Source: Candidatus Altiarchaeota archaeon
Lineage (GTDB): Archaea > Altiarchaeota > Altiarchaeia > IMC4 > SCGC-AAA252-I15
DNA: 64,000 nucleotides
Direction of reading: 5' to 3'
Assembly (NCBI GenBank): GCA_043800255.1
Contig: JAZDNF010000006.1
Coordinates: 3,901 to 67,900, forward strand
The number at the start of each line of letters is the position of its first letter. Within the stretch, counting starts at the first letter, position 1. Below the pieces are notes generated by a model that was not told the DNA's origin, ran no database searches, and saw only the letters and a program-made list of their open reading frames with translations. The position numbers and the translations under genes were made by a program. Shown one piece after another: positions 19,859 through 28,096 of this stretch.

Positions 19859-20366
19859 CCTTTGAAGTTGCTCCCTCCTTTGACAGGACGTCGCCCTTCT
19901 CAGCCTCTATCCTATCCTCTGCGGAAACCCTGCCAGACCATGATATGACGCTCATCCTGGCTGACACCTTGTTGGCTGAGATGTCGCCTTCAGCCTGGAT
20001 CTCGCCCCTGGAGGAGGTGATATTCCCTTTCGCCTTTATGCCAGCCCCCCTTGAATGGATGTCGCCTTCGACGTTTATGCTGCCGTCGGCTGTTATCTCA
20101 CCAGCAGCTATGACAGAGTAAGCCTTGAAGTTCTCATGGGGGATGTGAAGTTTACCGTCCGATATAACCGTCTTGGCAGACGCTGATGAGTCCAGGTACA
20201 GGTTCTCGCCCGGCTCTCCTCTGACGACACTATTGTTTCCGCGCACCACAGTATAGGCTTCGCCGCCCACGTCTATGGTCTCCTTCCCGTCAACAACCTT
20301 GATCTCCTCAACATATTCCGTATCTTCCCGCCTTTTGGTTCTTTCAATGCTGCTCATGTTGATCAC
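19785..20366 (-). CDS. Bactofilin-like beta-helical cytoskeletal protein (DUF583 family).
   Basis: 193 aa. The core reads ITADGSINVEGDIHSRGAGIKAKGNITSSRGEIQAEGDISANKVSARMSVISWSGRVSAED, matching the bactofilin winding repeat (G.I..G.I/V). Confidence 0.7.
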   Translation of the reverse strand: MINMSSIERTKRREDTEYVEEIKVVDGKETIDVGGEAYTVVRGNNSVVRGEPGENLYLDSSASAKTVISDGKLHIPHENFKAYSVIAAGEITADGSINVEGDIHSRGAGIKAKGNITSSRGEIQAEGDISANKVSARMSVISWSGRVSAEDRIEAEKGDVLSKEGATSKVGVYVNGKQAAGPKETYLKKPTNG

Positions 20367-20437
20367 ATTCTGATATGAATTCGTTTAGCATCCTTAAAGC
20401 CTCAGGCTTCATGCAGTCATCCCTGAAACCATAGTTT

Positions 20438-22753
20438 TTAATGGAGGATTGATTTGATGTCATCGTCTGATAGCATTTCCACACCGGTTATTCCAAGGCG
20501 CTCCGCCAGAGTTTTTAGGATGTCCCTTGCACCGTAGCTTTTGATTGCCGACTCATCAATGCCGCCGCCCATCTGGTTCACGACATCCTTTAGGATTCCG
20601 CGTATTGTTAAGCTGTTCTTGTTCAGGTCCTCCACCGGAACATTGCCTATGCCCCCGTGTTTTTTCGACAGGCTCCTGGCAGCTTCAAGCCTTACCGGCC
20701 TCCGGATGTCATCAACCAGCCTCAACGCCTCAGGCTCCCTGCTCAGTCTCTCGCATATCTGCTTTTCTATGACAGCATCAACTCCTTTCGTCCCCAGCCC
20801 GAATTTCTGATGCTCATCAGCCACCTTCTTTCTTAGAGACCTCTGGGACATGGTTGGGTCCGCATCAAGGGCGTCAAAGTATAGCATTGCGATCTGCTTG
20901 TTCCTCTCCCAGTCAGGCTGCCTGTAAAGAGTGTCAAACAGCTTCCCCCTTGTTTCTGCCGGTTGACTGGCGAGAATCTCCCTGAACTCTTTAGGACTTA
21001 CTGGCTGAATTTCACCCCACTCCACCAGATAGCCGTTAACCTTCTCAGCAACCAGCGGCTGCTCGCTTAAACGTTTGTATGCCCCTGAGATTGCGTCCAC
21101 AATGGTCTGTTTGCCCCGCTTGAACTCATCAGCCAACTGTTTGAGTTCAACCCCGCCAGTTAGGTGCCGTCTCATGGTCTCACGATCCCTTTCAGAGCCT
21201 ATGTCAGATTTTTCAGAAGTTAGCGGGTTATTTCTAGGCACCTTGGATATGAACCACCCTAGGTCTGCCTGCGGGACATGCGAGAGCACTTCCCTGACAG
21301 TTTCTGCAGACACCTTGGGGATAGACTTCAGCCTCCCTGATTCTGCAAGCAGCTCTGAGACAGCATGCGGCCTTTTGCGGAGACGCTCTATGGAGTTCGT
21401 AACCGCCTTCTCGGACACGTGGGAGTCGTACTCTTTCATCCTGTTGATGTCCGGGCAGGAGTACGCTTCCCTGAAATGCAGCCTCATTATCTCGATGTCC
21501 CTGTCCCTGTTCCCGGTCTTCGGCAGACCGGACATTATCTCGTTGAACTTCTCATCGCTTGTGCTCCTCAGAACCCATCTCACCGCTTCATTAGTGATTT
21601 CAGGGTTCTCTATGCGCTGTCTGAACCCGTTTAGCTCCCTGATAACATGCAGGTTCCCTCTAAGCCCTTCTATAACAGCTGCAGACAATGTGATGGGTCT
21701 ATTCTTTCCCACGCCGAACCGCTCAGAAAGCTCTGCTACTGTGCTGTCGTCTTCCTGATCGAAGTAAGCGCTCAACAGCTCCCGCTCCTTCGGATCAGAG
21801 GGGTATGCGGTTGACTGGCTTAGTATGCGCTCCCTATCGGTTGAGGATATCAGACGCAGAATTTTTCGGGTATCCTCGACAGAAGGCATTTGCAATTTAA
21901 TTCTGGCTCCCGGGCCAGGTATGGAGTTTTCAATGTGCTCTCTCAGATCGGAGTTTTTCAGGACATTCTTGATCGCCTTTGTCTCGCGGCCGTCAAGAGT
22001 TCCTTGCGCCAATCCCAATTTGGAGGCTGCCTGCGCTCTTGTGATGGACCTCGCACCAAAGCGCAGTCTCAGTATATCAGAATCAGATTTAGGGACTCCT
22101 CTCCGAAAGCAGTCAGCCAGAAAGTTATCAAATTTGTCACCTGGCATCTGCTCCAGCAAAGACCTGTAATAGTCCACTTCCTCCCCGGAGGGCATCAGAC
22201 CGAGTTTCTCGAACGCCCTTGACTCTACCCTGACAATCTCTTTAATGCTGGTGTCCGTCAGCTCCCTGATCCTTTTGTCGCCGTGGCCTTCCTTGAAACG
22301 CAGTGACAGTATGTTCCTCTCCTCGTCGGTCAGAGCCTTGGAGCCGATAAGCGTGGCCTTCTCAGCAGGATCCATCGACTTCAACATCTTATGTACTTCC
22401 CTGTATGAGATTTTCCTTTTGTGATAGGGAATGACGTCAGGTTTCTTCGGGGGGCTTATGGACAATCCGACAACGCCCTCAGAGGTTATCGCGTACGCGT
22501 CTGACTGTCCCAACTCAGAGGACAGGAACTTTTTCTTTCTCTGCGGGGGAACGTCTGCGCGTTTGACCTCAGAGACTTCCAGGCGCCTGCCCTTCCCGCT
22601 GAGGTCGCCCAGCTTTTTGACGCTTATCTCCTTAAGCTCGTCTCCGTCGCGCAGGTAGACTTTCGCGTTCTCAGAATGAAGCTTTCTCAATAGCTGTTCC
22701 TTCAGCACCGGAATCTGGTCGTCGCTTATGTCTGCAACCTTTATTTTCGCCAT
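20438..22753 (-). CDS. 771-aa protein containing about five tandem sigma-70 region-4 / LuxR-like HTH repeats.
   Basis: Repeats include EERNILSLRFKEGHGDKRIRELTDTSIKEIVRVESRAFEKLG, SDILRLRFGARSITRAQAASKLGLAQGT, RDIEIMRLHFREAY...VSEKAVTNSIERLRKRP, RETMRRHLTGGVELKQLADEFKRGKQTIVDAISGAYKRL and NKQIAMLYFDALDADPTMSQRSLRKKV. Each resembles the sigma70_r4 pattern (..ILxLRF....T..EIA..LG.S...V......A..KLR). Confidence 0.65.
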   Translation of the reverse strand: MAKIKVADISDDQIPVLKEQLLRKLHSENAKVYLRDGDELKEISVKKLGDLSGKGRRLEVSEVKRADVPPQRKKKFLSSELGQSDAYAITSEGVVGLSISPPKKPDVIPYHKRKISYREVHKMLKSMDPAEKATLIGSKALTDEERNILSLRFKEGHGDKRIRELTDTSIKEIVRVESRAFEKLGLMPSGEEVDYYRSLLEQMPGDKFDNFLADCFRRGVPKSDSDILRLRFGARSITRAQAASKLGLAQGTLDGRETKAIKNVLKNSDLREHIENSIPGPGARIKLQMPSVEDTRKILRLISSTDRERILSQSTAYPSDPKERELLSAYFDQEDDSTVAELSERFGVGKNRPITLSAAVIEGLRGNLHVIRELNGFRQRIENPEITNEAVRWVLRSTSDEKFNEIMSGLPKTGNRDRDIEIMRLHFREAYSCPDINRMKEYDSHVSEKAVTNSIERLRKRPHAVSELLAESGRLKSIPKVSAETVREVLSHVPQADLGWFISKVPRNNPLTSEKSDIGSERDRETMRRHLTGGVELKQLADEFKRGKQTIVDAISGAYKRLSEQPLVAEKVNGYLVEWGEIQPVSPKEFREILASQPAETRGKLFDTLYRQPDWERNKQIAMLYFDALDADPTMSQRSLRKKVADEHQKFGLGTKGVDAVIEKQICERLSREPEALRLVDDIRRPVRLEAARSLSKKHGGIGNVPVEDLNKNSLTIRGILKDVVNQMGGGIDESAIKSYGARDILKTLAERLGITGVEMLSDDDIKSILH

Positions 22754-22762
22754 GATTTAGAG

Positions 22763-24514
22763 TCACAATTCTGCAATGAACTTGCTGGCCCTCCCGCTTT
22801 TCTCCAGGCTGTCGAATACCGACTCTAGGTGACCCCTAACCCTCTGTGAGAGGTCCTTATTATCATGCGCTTTAAGAAGGTCTCGTATCGCGGGCACTGC
22901 AATGCCGCCAGAAGCGAATTTCGCAAGCGTTTCCAAGCCTGATGTGGCAGCCATCTTCTCCCTGTCGGAGGTTCTGCCGCTGTTAAGGTCTTCCGCGAAA
23001 TCTTCGCGCGCCTGCTCCATGCGGGACCTTGCCACAGCCGACGTGTTCATCCCCTTGAAGCCTGCCTCGATTGTCCTGCGGACTTTCTCAGGGAGGCTCT
23101 TATCACGCTGTAATCCGATAACGTCCTTGACAGCTTGTACTCCGACGTCCTGGGAGGAGAATTTGATCACATTCACGAGGCCTGCAAGAAGCCACTGTTT
23201 CAGTTCGATCAGCTGGTCGCCTGTGACCCCCTCCGGTTCGTCTCTTATCGCTGACACCATGTCGTCGTGGGTCTTATCTATCATCCCAGGAGGCTTGTTT
23301 TTCAAGTCATACAGTAGACCATAATGCGCCCAGTATTTTGTCCCGTAGTCTCTGCCGTTTCTCAGGGCATCAGACAACGCCTGATAGGCCTTATCCTGTA
23401 ATCCCTCAGGCCCATGGGATGCAATAGCTGACAGACTGCCTGCAGCCATGTACTGGCTTGTCAATCCAGGCACGTCAGTGCCGAAGTCCGAGCCTTCGGC
23501 ATTCAGTAGGCCGTCCCTGAAGACGTCCAGAAGATTGGAGGTTACCTTCTCGGGGTATCTCCTTAGTATGCTCTGCAGTCTTTGGTCGACGTGTTTTCCG
23601 GCAAGAACCGGCAGGTTCCCGCTCACGGCTGATTTGGACAGCAACAGAAGCTGGCCGGTTGTGATTGATGATCCGTTGTAGAGTATGGAATCCACCACTT
23701 CAGCAGCAGCATATCTGACGTCCTTGGAGGAATCTCCTGAGAAAGCGTCCAGAAGCCTCTCGCATATGTGTGTTCCGATTTTCTCATGCCCGCTCACCGC
23801 CAGTTGGGCGACATTATCCCTCAGATCGTCTTTGTAGTTTCGTGTTCGTCTATCCCTCCCCTCGAGACTCCTACTCTTCGTCAGCCCGTCAATCAGAGTG
23901 TCGGCTACACCAACGGTTAGGATATTGTGGAATTCAGGCCTCTTGTAAACCGACTTCAAAGCCCTGTGGATTACCCAAGAGTTTGATTTGTCCCTCGCGA
24001 ACTCGTTCGCCAATATCTGAACCTCGTCAGAGGTGACGAGTTCAGGATGCCTCCACATCGAATCCGCAAGATTGGAGGCGCATGCGTCCCGCGCCTCTCC
24101 GTTACCCCACTTTGCGACCGCGTCCGACATCATCCTGCGCGCCCTGACTGACCTGTCTTTTGGAGCGTTTACTAGAATGCGCCTTAGCGCTTCTCCTGAC
24201 TCGTGCTTCGAAAAGTCCGGCGAGTCAGCGCTTCTGAGAACCTCTTCAAGCACTCCGAAGGCTTGGTCAACGGTGTCAGCATGTTCCTTCGGAGCCCTGA
24301 TTATGATCTGCGACAGGCCCTTGGCAGCATTCACTTTGGGCATCTGCTGATAAGGCCTTTGGCTGTATTCTCCCTCCCCGAAGAGGGCGTCCCTGAAGTC
24401 TCTTATGTTCTCGCTTAATGCTGGTTTCAGGGGGATTGCTCGTACCTTGTCCTTCTCCCCGTCAGGCGCTTTTTGCAGGCTGAAACCGTCTTTTTGGATT
24501 TCCTCGATAGACAT
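22763..24514 (-). CDS. Hypothetical HEAT/ARM-like helical repeat protein (583 aa); first gene of the operon.
   Basis: Complete ORF, 9-nt spacer to the downstream gene, helical repeat character. Confidence 0.55.
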   Translation of the reverse strand: MSIEEIQKDGFSLQKAPDGEKDKVRAIPLKPALSENIRDFRDALFGEGEYSQRPYQQMPKVNAAKGLSQIIIRAPKEHADTVDQAFGVLEEVLRSADSPDFSKHESGEALRRILVNAPKDRSVRARRMMSDAVAKWGNGEARDACASNLADSMWRHPELVTSDEVQILANEFARDKSNSWVIHRALKSVYKRPEFHNILTVGVADTLIDGLTKSRSLEGRDRRTRNYKDDLRDNVAQLAVSGHEKIGTHICERLLDAFSGDSSKDVRYAAAEVVDSILYNGSSITTGQLLLLSKSAVSGNLPVLAGKHVDQRLQSILRRYPEKVTSNLLDVFRDGLLNAEGSDFGTDVPGLTSQYMAAGSLSAIASHGPEGLQDKAYQALSDALRNGRDYGTKYWAHYGLLYDLKNKPPGMIDKTHDDMVSAIRDEPEGVTGDQLIELKQWLLAGLVNVIKFSSQDVGVQAVKDVIGLQRDKSLPEKVRRTIEAGFKGMNTSAVARSRMEQAREDFAEDLNSGRTSDREKMAATSGLETLAKFASGGIAVPAIRDLLKAHDNKDLSQRVRGHLESVFDSLEKSGRASKFIAEL

Positions 24515-24633
24515 TGTACATGATTTTAAGGAGTTCTGGGATAAATACGCTCACTCCCTGCTTTTCGCCCGCACCAAGTCCAACATAGATTTATTTAAAT
24601 CAAATTCCAATATCCTTCTGAGGTGAGGTCATA

Positions 24634-25863
24634 ATGGCCAAGGATCAGACTAGAATAGTGTTTGTCTTAACTGTCTTCGTTATGAGCGTCTTATATTCCG
24701 CATCTGCGAAGTCCCTCGTCGAGTGGGATACTGACGCCAGAGAGAGGTACAATAATGCGAAGAACGAGTATCTGCGGGTGAGTAATGCTTACAGGGAGGC
24801 GATGCAGGACTGGATCACGGCGAAGAACGCCTACCAGCAGAACAAGAGCAAGGGGAACACGGAGAACGCCCTTGAAAGTTGGAAGAACCACCTGCTTGCG
24901 GCAGACCAGAGGCTTGTGGCCTACCTCGAGGCTCTGAAAGCTTACGCCGAAGGCGAGCCGACTTTGGATGAAACAGAAAGGCAGGAGATAATCTCTGAAG
25001 TGGAGGGTTACATCAACTGGCTGGAGCAGAAGCAGCCTGAGATCGAGGCTGCGACCACAAGGCAGGAGCTGCAGGACATCACAACGACTGTCAGAGAGGA
25101 ATGGAATAGTATAAAACCTGCAACCAGGAGGATAATCGGGCAGATGATGAACGCGAAAGTCTTATGGGTTATAAACAAGGCGGAGAACGTTTCAGCAAAG
25201 GCTGAGGAAGCGATAGACAAGCTCGACGCGGCTGGGGAGGACACAACCGAGCTGGAGTCGCTGCTTGCAGACTTCAACGCGAAATTGGACCTGGCCAGGG
25301 AGAAGCATGATGCCGCCAGCGCAAAGTACGCTGAAAGCAGAAATGCTGGAGAAGTGGACAGCCTGCTTAGAGAGGCTGACGCTCTGGTTAGGGAGGCTAA
25401 CGGTTACCTGAAGGAAGCGTACACGACGCTGAAGCAGCTGGTGAAGGAGATACGGGAGTCCGCTTCAGGGAAGGTGAGAGTCCGCGGCACGGGGAAACTG
25501 TGGGCTGCTGGAGACGGGGAGGCCACAATCTCAGGAAATGCCACAGTCGAGTTGACCGGGGAGGACGGAGAGCTTGAGCTGCACGACAAAGGAGGGGACA
25601 TGATTGAGACGGTGACCGGCTTCGGAGACAGGAGAGTGACCGGGCAGATAATAAGGTACAGTGGATCCGGCACAGCAACAGTCTCGGGGAGCGACATCGT
25701 CGTCAAACTGGAAGCCTCGAATGTCGACCTGTACGCTGAAGGCACAGGCAAAGCCAAACTGAAGGGAACTGGAACGTATAAGACGTGCGGGACTGGCGCG
25801 TGCGCTGAAGGCGCGTGGACTTCCGCCGGCGTTGACGTGACCATCTCAGCGAACGTAGGATGA
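24634..25863 (+). CDS. Secreted coiled-coil protein with a Gly/Thr-rich beta C-terminal region (409 aa).
   Basis: N-terminal signal/anchor IVFVLTVFVMSVLYSASA, a long helical region, then GTGK.../GSGTATVSG repeats. Confidence 0.6.
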   Translation: MAKDQTRIVFVLTVFVMSVLYSASAKSLVEWDTDARERYNNAKNEYLRVSNAYREAMQDWITAKNAYQQNKSKGNTENALESWKNHLLAADQRLVAYLEALKAYAEGEPTLDETERQEIISEVEGYINWLEQKQPEIEAATTRQELQDITTTVREEWNSIKPATRRIIGQMMNAKVLWVINKAENVSAKAEEAIDKLDAAGEDTTELESLLADFNAKLDLAREKHDAASAKYAESRNAGEVDSLLREADALVREANGYLKEAYTTLKQLVKEIRESASGKVRVRGTGKLWAAGDGEATISGNATVELTGEDGELELHDKGGDMIETVTGFGDRRVTGQIIRYSGSGTATVSGSDIVVKLEASNVDLYAEGTGKAKLKGTGTYKTCGTGACAEGAWTSAGVDVTISANVG

Positions 25864-26240
25864 AAAACAGGATACTGATAATTGGGATAATAGCGCTGCT
25901 TGTCTTGTCCAGCCCAGGATGCCTCAGAAAATTGAGAGGCGGACAGAGAGCCACCACAATCGTGCCAACGACCATAGCAGAGACTCAACAGGCTGCCCCA
26001 ACAGACGAGGAAGCCTCCGAAGCAGAGCCGATAGCTGACATAACCTCTGAAGAATCCAAGCTGACGCCTCCGGACGTTGACTTAGACTTAGACCTCGAGC
26101 CAACAACGACTGTTGAAACCACCATCCCAGAGGTAATGTCAGACGAAGACCTGGCAGAACTTGATACCATCATAAACAACATCAACACCATAGAAACAGA
26201 ACTGTACGCAGGCGACCTGGACCTGGACATCAGCCTGTGA
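25860..26240 (+). CDS. Small acidic secreted lipoprotein-like protein (126 aa).
   Basis: Signal peptide MKNRILIIGIIALLVLSSPGC, then a D/E/T-rich region. 4-nt overlap with the upstream gene. Confidence 0.5.
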   Translation: MKNRILIIGIIALLVLSSPGCLRKLRGGQRATTIVPTTIAETQQAAPTDEEASEAEPIADITSEESKLTPPDVDLDLDLEPTTTVETTIPEVMSDEDLAELDTIINNINTIETELYAGDLDLDISL

Positions 26241-26351
26241 GCCCCCATTAGTTCCCTTCTTAGGGGACTAGGGCGAGCCACAGGCCGCACCAAGATAACG
26301 GGGGATTGAGAGCAAGGGAATCAGTAAGAAGTCTGGGATTGTCTCTTGCAG

Positions 26352-26374
26352 TCATTGCTCGTCTTTGTGATATA
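26352..26374. repeat. Direct repeat copy 1 (tcattgctcgtctttgtgatata).
   Basis: 22/23 identity to 27269-27291. The match extends ~12 nt further (tctcttgcag versus tctctggcag) across a 6-nt indel. Confidence 0.6.
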
Positions 26375-26432
26375 ACCTTAAAAAAGAGGATATGATAGTA
26401 TTCCTAGATCTATTTGAGGCATAGTGTTGGTT
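26352..26432 (-). pseudogene. Truncated remnant of a relE-like toxin gene 3' end.
   Basis: The minus strand encodes ...NTIISSFLRLYHKDEQ*, bounded by an upstream in-frame stop. This matches the C-terminus of the intact RelE at 27269-27517 (...KIIFLDLYHKDEQ*). The terminal 23 nt are a 22/23 match. Confidence 0.4.
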
Positions 26433-26460
26433 TTATTTTAGCATTTCGATATTTGATGTA

Positions 26461-26955
26461 ATGTCAAACGCTGGCCCCGTTATTCTGTATTTGGATAATA
26501 CCGAGCTTTACGGCTCCTTGAAGAAAGCGATAAAACACTATCTAACTGGAGGTACTGGAGGTGTACGATCTAAGTTTCTGGATTATCTAAAGAAGTTGCA
26601 GGATTCGGGGGGTGTCGTTGTATTAACTTCTGAGCTCGCTGAATTTGAAGCTATTAGACGACTGCTCACGGATTTCCCAGAATTGACGTTTAACAAGGCT
26701 CTTGAAGCTTGGATGGAGTTGAGGGGAAGGTATGATATTCGTTCAATAGATCTCCGAGACTGTAAGACAATAAATCTTGACCTTAAATTCTTCCAGAAAA
26801 CAGGATTCGACTATAAAGATGGGATGCATTATTCAGTGGCAAAAAAATATGGGGCTTTTATTGTGACTGGAGATGGGAAATTTGGAGAAACGGCAGAGCA
26901 GGTATACAAGGGTAAAGTACTAAGAAGAGGGGACGTATATCAAAAATTCAAGTAA
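26461..26955 (+). CDS. PIN-domain protein (VapC-like nuclease fold), 164 aa.
   Basis: The N-terminal Asp sits in ILYLDNTELYG. C-terminal AFIVTGDGKF resembles the PIN TxDxxF motif. AT-rich codon usage. Confidence 0.55.
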   Translation: MSNAGPVILYLDNTELYGSLKKAIKHYLTGGTGGVRSKFLDYLKKLQDSGGVVVLTSELAEFEAIRRLLTDFPELTFNKALEAWMELRGRYDIRSIDLRDCKTINLDLKFFQKTGFDYKDGMHYSVAKKYGAFIVTGDGKFGETAEQVYKGKVLRRGDVYQKFK

Positions 26956-27268
26956 TTATTTAGATTTCTTAATGATTTTAGCTAAATCTTTTGCTATGGT
27001 ATCTAGATTAACCCTGTTAGACACTCCTTTTACCTCAGTTACAGGAATCCGAAAACCATTAACTTTCAGGGTTTTTTTCACCGCATGGATTTGCATAATA
27101 GCTCACCCGTATACAATATAATAGAGGATATAGAACTTAAAAAAGGGCCATTTTTGTTTATTCTACTCAAACGTGCATTTACTTCTTAAAACAGCCTTCT
27201 AGGCAGTATACAGTTAGTTTCTGTTTTTCTGGGCAGCGTTTTTCCATGTTTTTCTCTGGCAGGATCAC

Positions 27269-27291
27269 TCATTGCTCGTCTTTGTGGTATA
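27269..27291. repeat. Direct repeat copy 2 (tcattgctcgtctttgtggtata), which is the 3' end of the relE coding sequence.
   Basis: See copy 1. The two copies flank the PIN gene 26461-26955, about 915 bp apart. Confidence 0.6.
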
Positions 27292-27517
27292 GGTCTAGGA
27301 AGATTATTTTGTCCTCTTTTTTGAGGTGCATGTATGACAGGCGGAATGGCGGGATTTTGACTTCCCTGCTGTCCTTTCGGACGTAGCGCATCGGTTTTCC
27401 GACTTCAGGATTGCTGACTATCTTCTTAATCTGCTTTTTGACTCGTTCTTTCAGGTCTCGGTTTTTGATTCTCTTTATTATGTTCTCAAAATGCGGTTCG
27501 TATGCGACAGTTACCAT
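27269..27517 (-). CDS. relE: RelE/ParE-family type II toxin.
   Basis: 82 aa. The C-terminal ...RLSYMHLKKEDKIIFLDLYHKDEQ pattern is typical of RelE/StbE toxins. 7-nt overlap with the upstream antitoxin gene. Confidence 0.7.
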   Translation of the reverse strand: MVTVAYEPHFENIIKRIKNRDLKERVKKQIKKIVSNPEVGKPMRYVRKDSREVKIPPFRLSYMHLKKEDKIIFLDLYHKDEQ

Positions 27518-27780
27518 GTCTCAAGTTCAGCCAGGAATTTGTCGCCGCTAGTCTCCTTGAACTTGCCCTTCTCGTATCTTTCCAACGCCTCCACAGTCCT
27601 TTTCGCGAACTTCAAGTCTTCCATGAAAGTCCCACCCAACTCCCGGACCGGTTTGAGTATGAACTGGCGGTCTTTTTTGATGATGACGAATTTATCGCCC
27701 ACATTGAACCCCTCCCGCATGTCCTGCGGTATCACAACCTGACCCTTGGAACTTAATTTGGTAACGTCCACATTAATCAT
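27511..27780 (-). CDS. AbrB/MazE/SpoVT-family antitoxin.
   Basis: 89 aa. ...LSSKGQVVIPQDMREGFNVGDKFVII is a swapped-hairpin AbrB/MazE motif. Immediately upstream of and overlapping relE. Confidence 0.7.
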   Translation of the reverse strand: MINVDVTKLSSKGQVVIPQDMREGFNVGDKFVIIKKDRQFILKPVRELGGTFMEDLKFAKRTVEALERYEKGKFKETSGDKFLAELETW

Positions 27781-28096
27781 CTAGATCACCATAATAAGAT
27801 TCGTCTTACCAATATATAAACCAACATTCTGGGCAAAAAACCCACCAATAGTCGCGGAAGCGGGGAGTTGCCCCTTCAGTTTTCCGTTGGAGAAGCAGAG
27901 TTTCCTGCGTCGCCCGCTCTCCCGCACATCCAAGTGTAGTGTAATACAGTAAAAACATCACAAACAACGGAAAAATAGGGGGCTGTGCGAGCAATATGGA
28001 CAGGTAAATGCATAGTTGGCCCATATTTTATTGCGGGTAAAGCCGGTAGACCAATATACCTTGGAGTGAACGTCTCCAGTGTCTGCCGGTACTGTG

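Noticed and set aside
26300-26330. gggaatcag 9-mer resembling the right-boundary 27-mer (gagaatcagctact)
   Set aside because: Only 8/9 identity with no extension. Consistent with chance in an AT-rich spacer, so it is not treated as a third repeat copy.
26241-26460. Possible tRNA or att site at the island's left edge
   Set aside because: No cloverleaf-compatible segment or T-loop (GTTCRANYC) motif was found. There is only a short hairpin (gttccc...ggggac) right after the upstream stop codon, which looks like a terminator.
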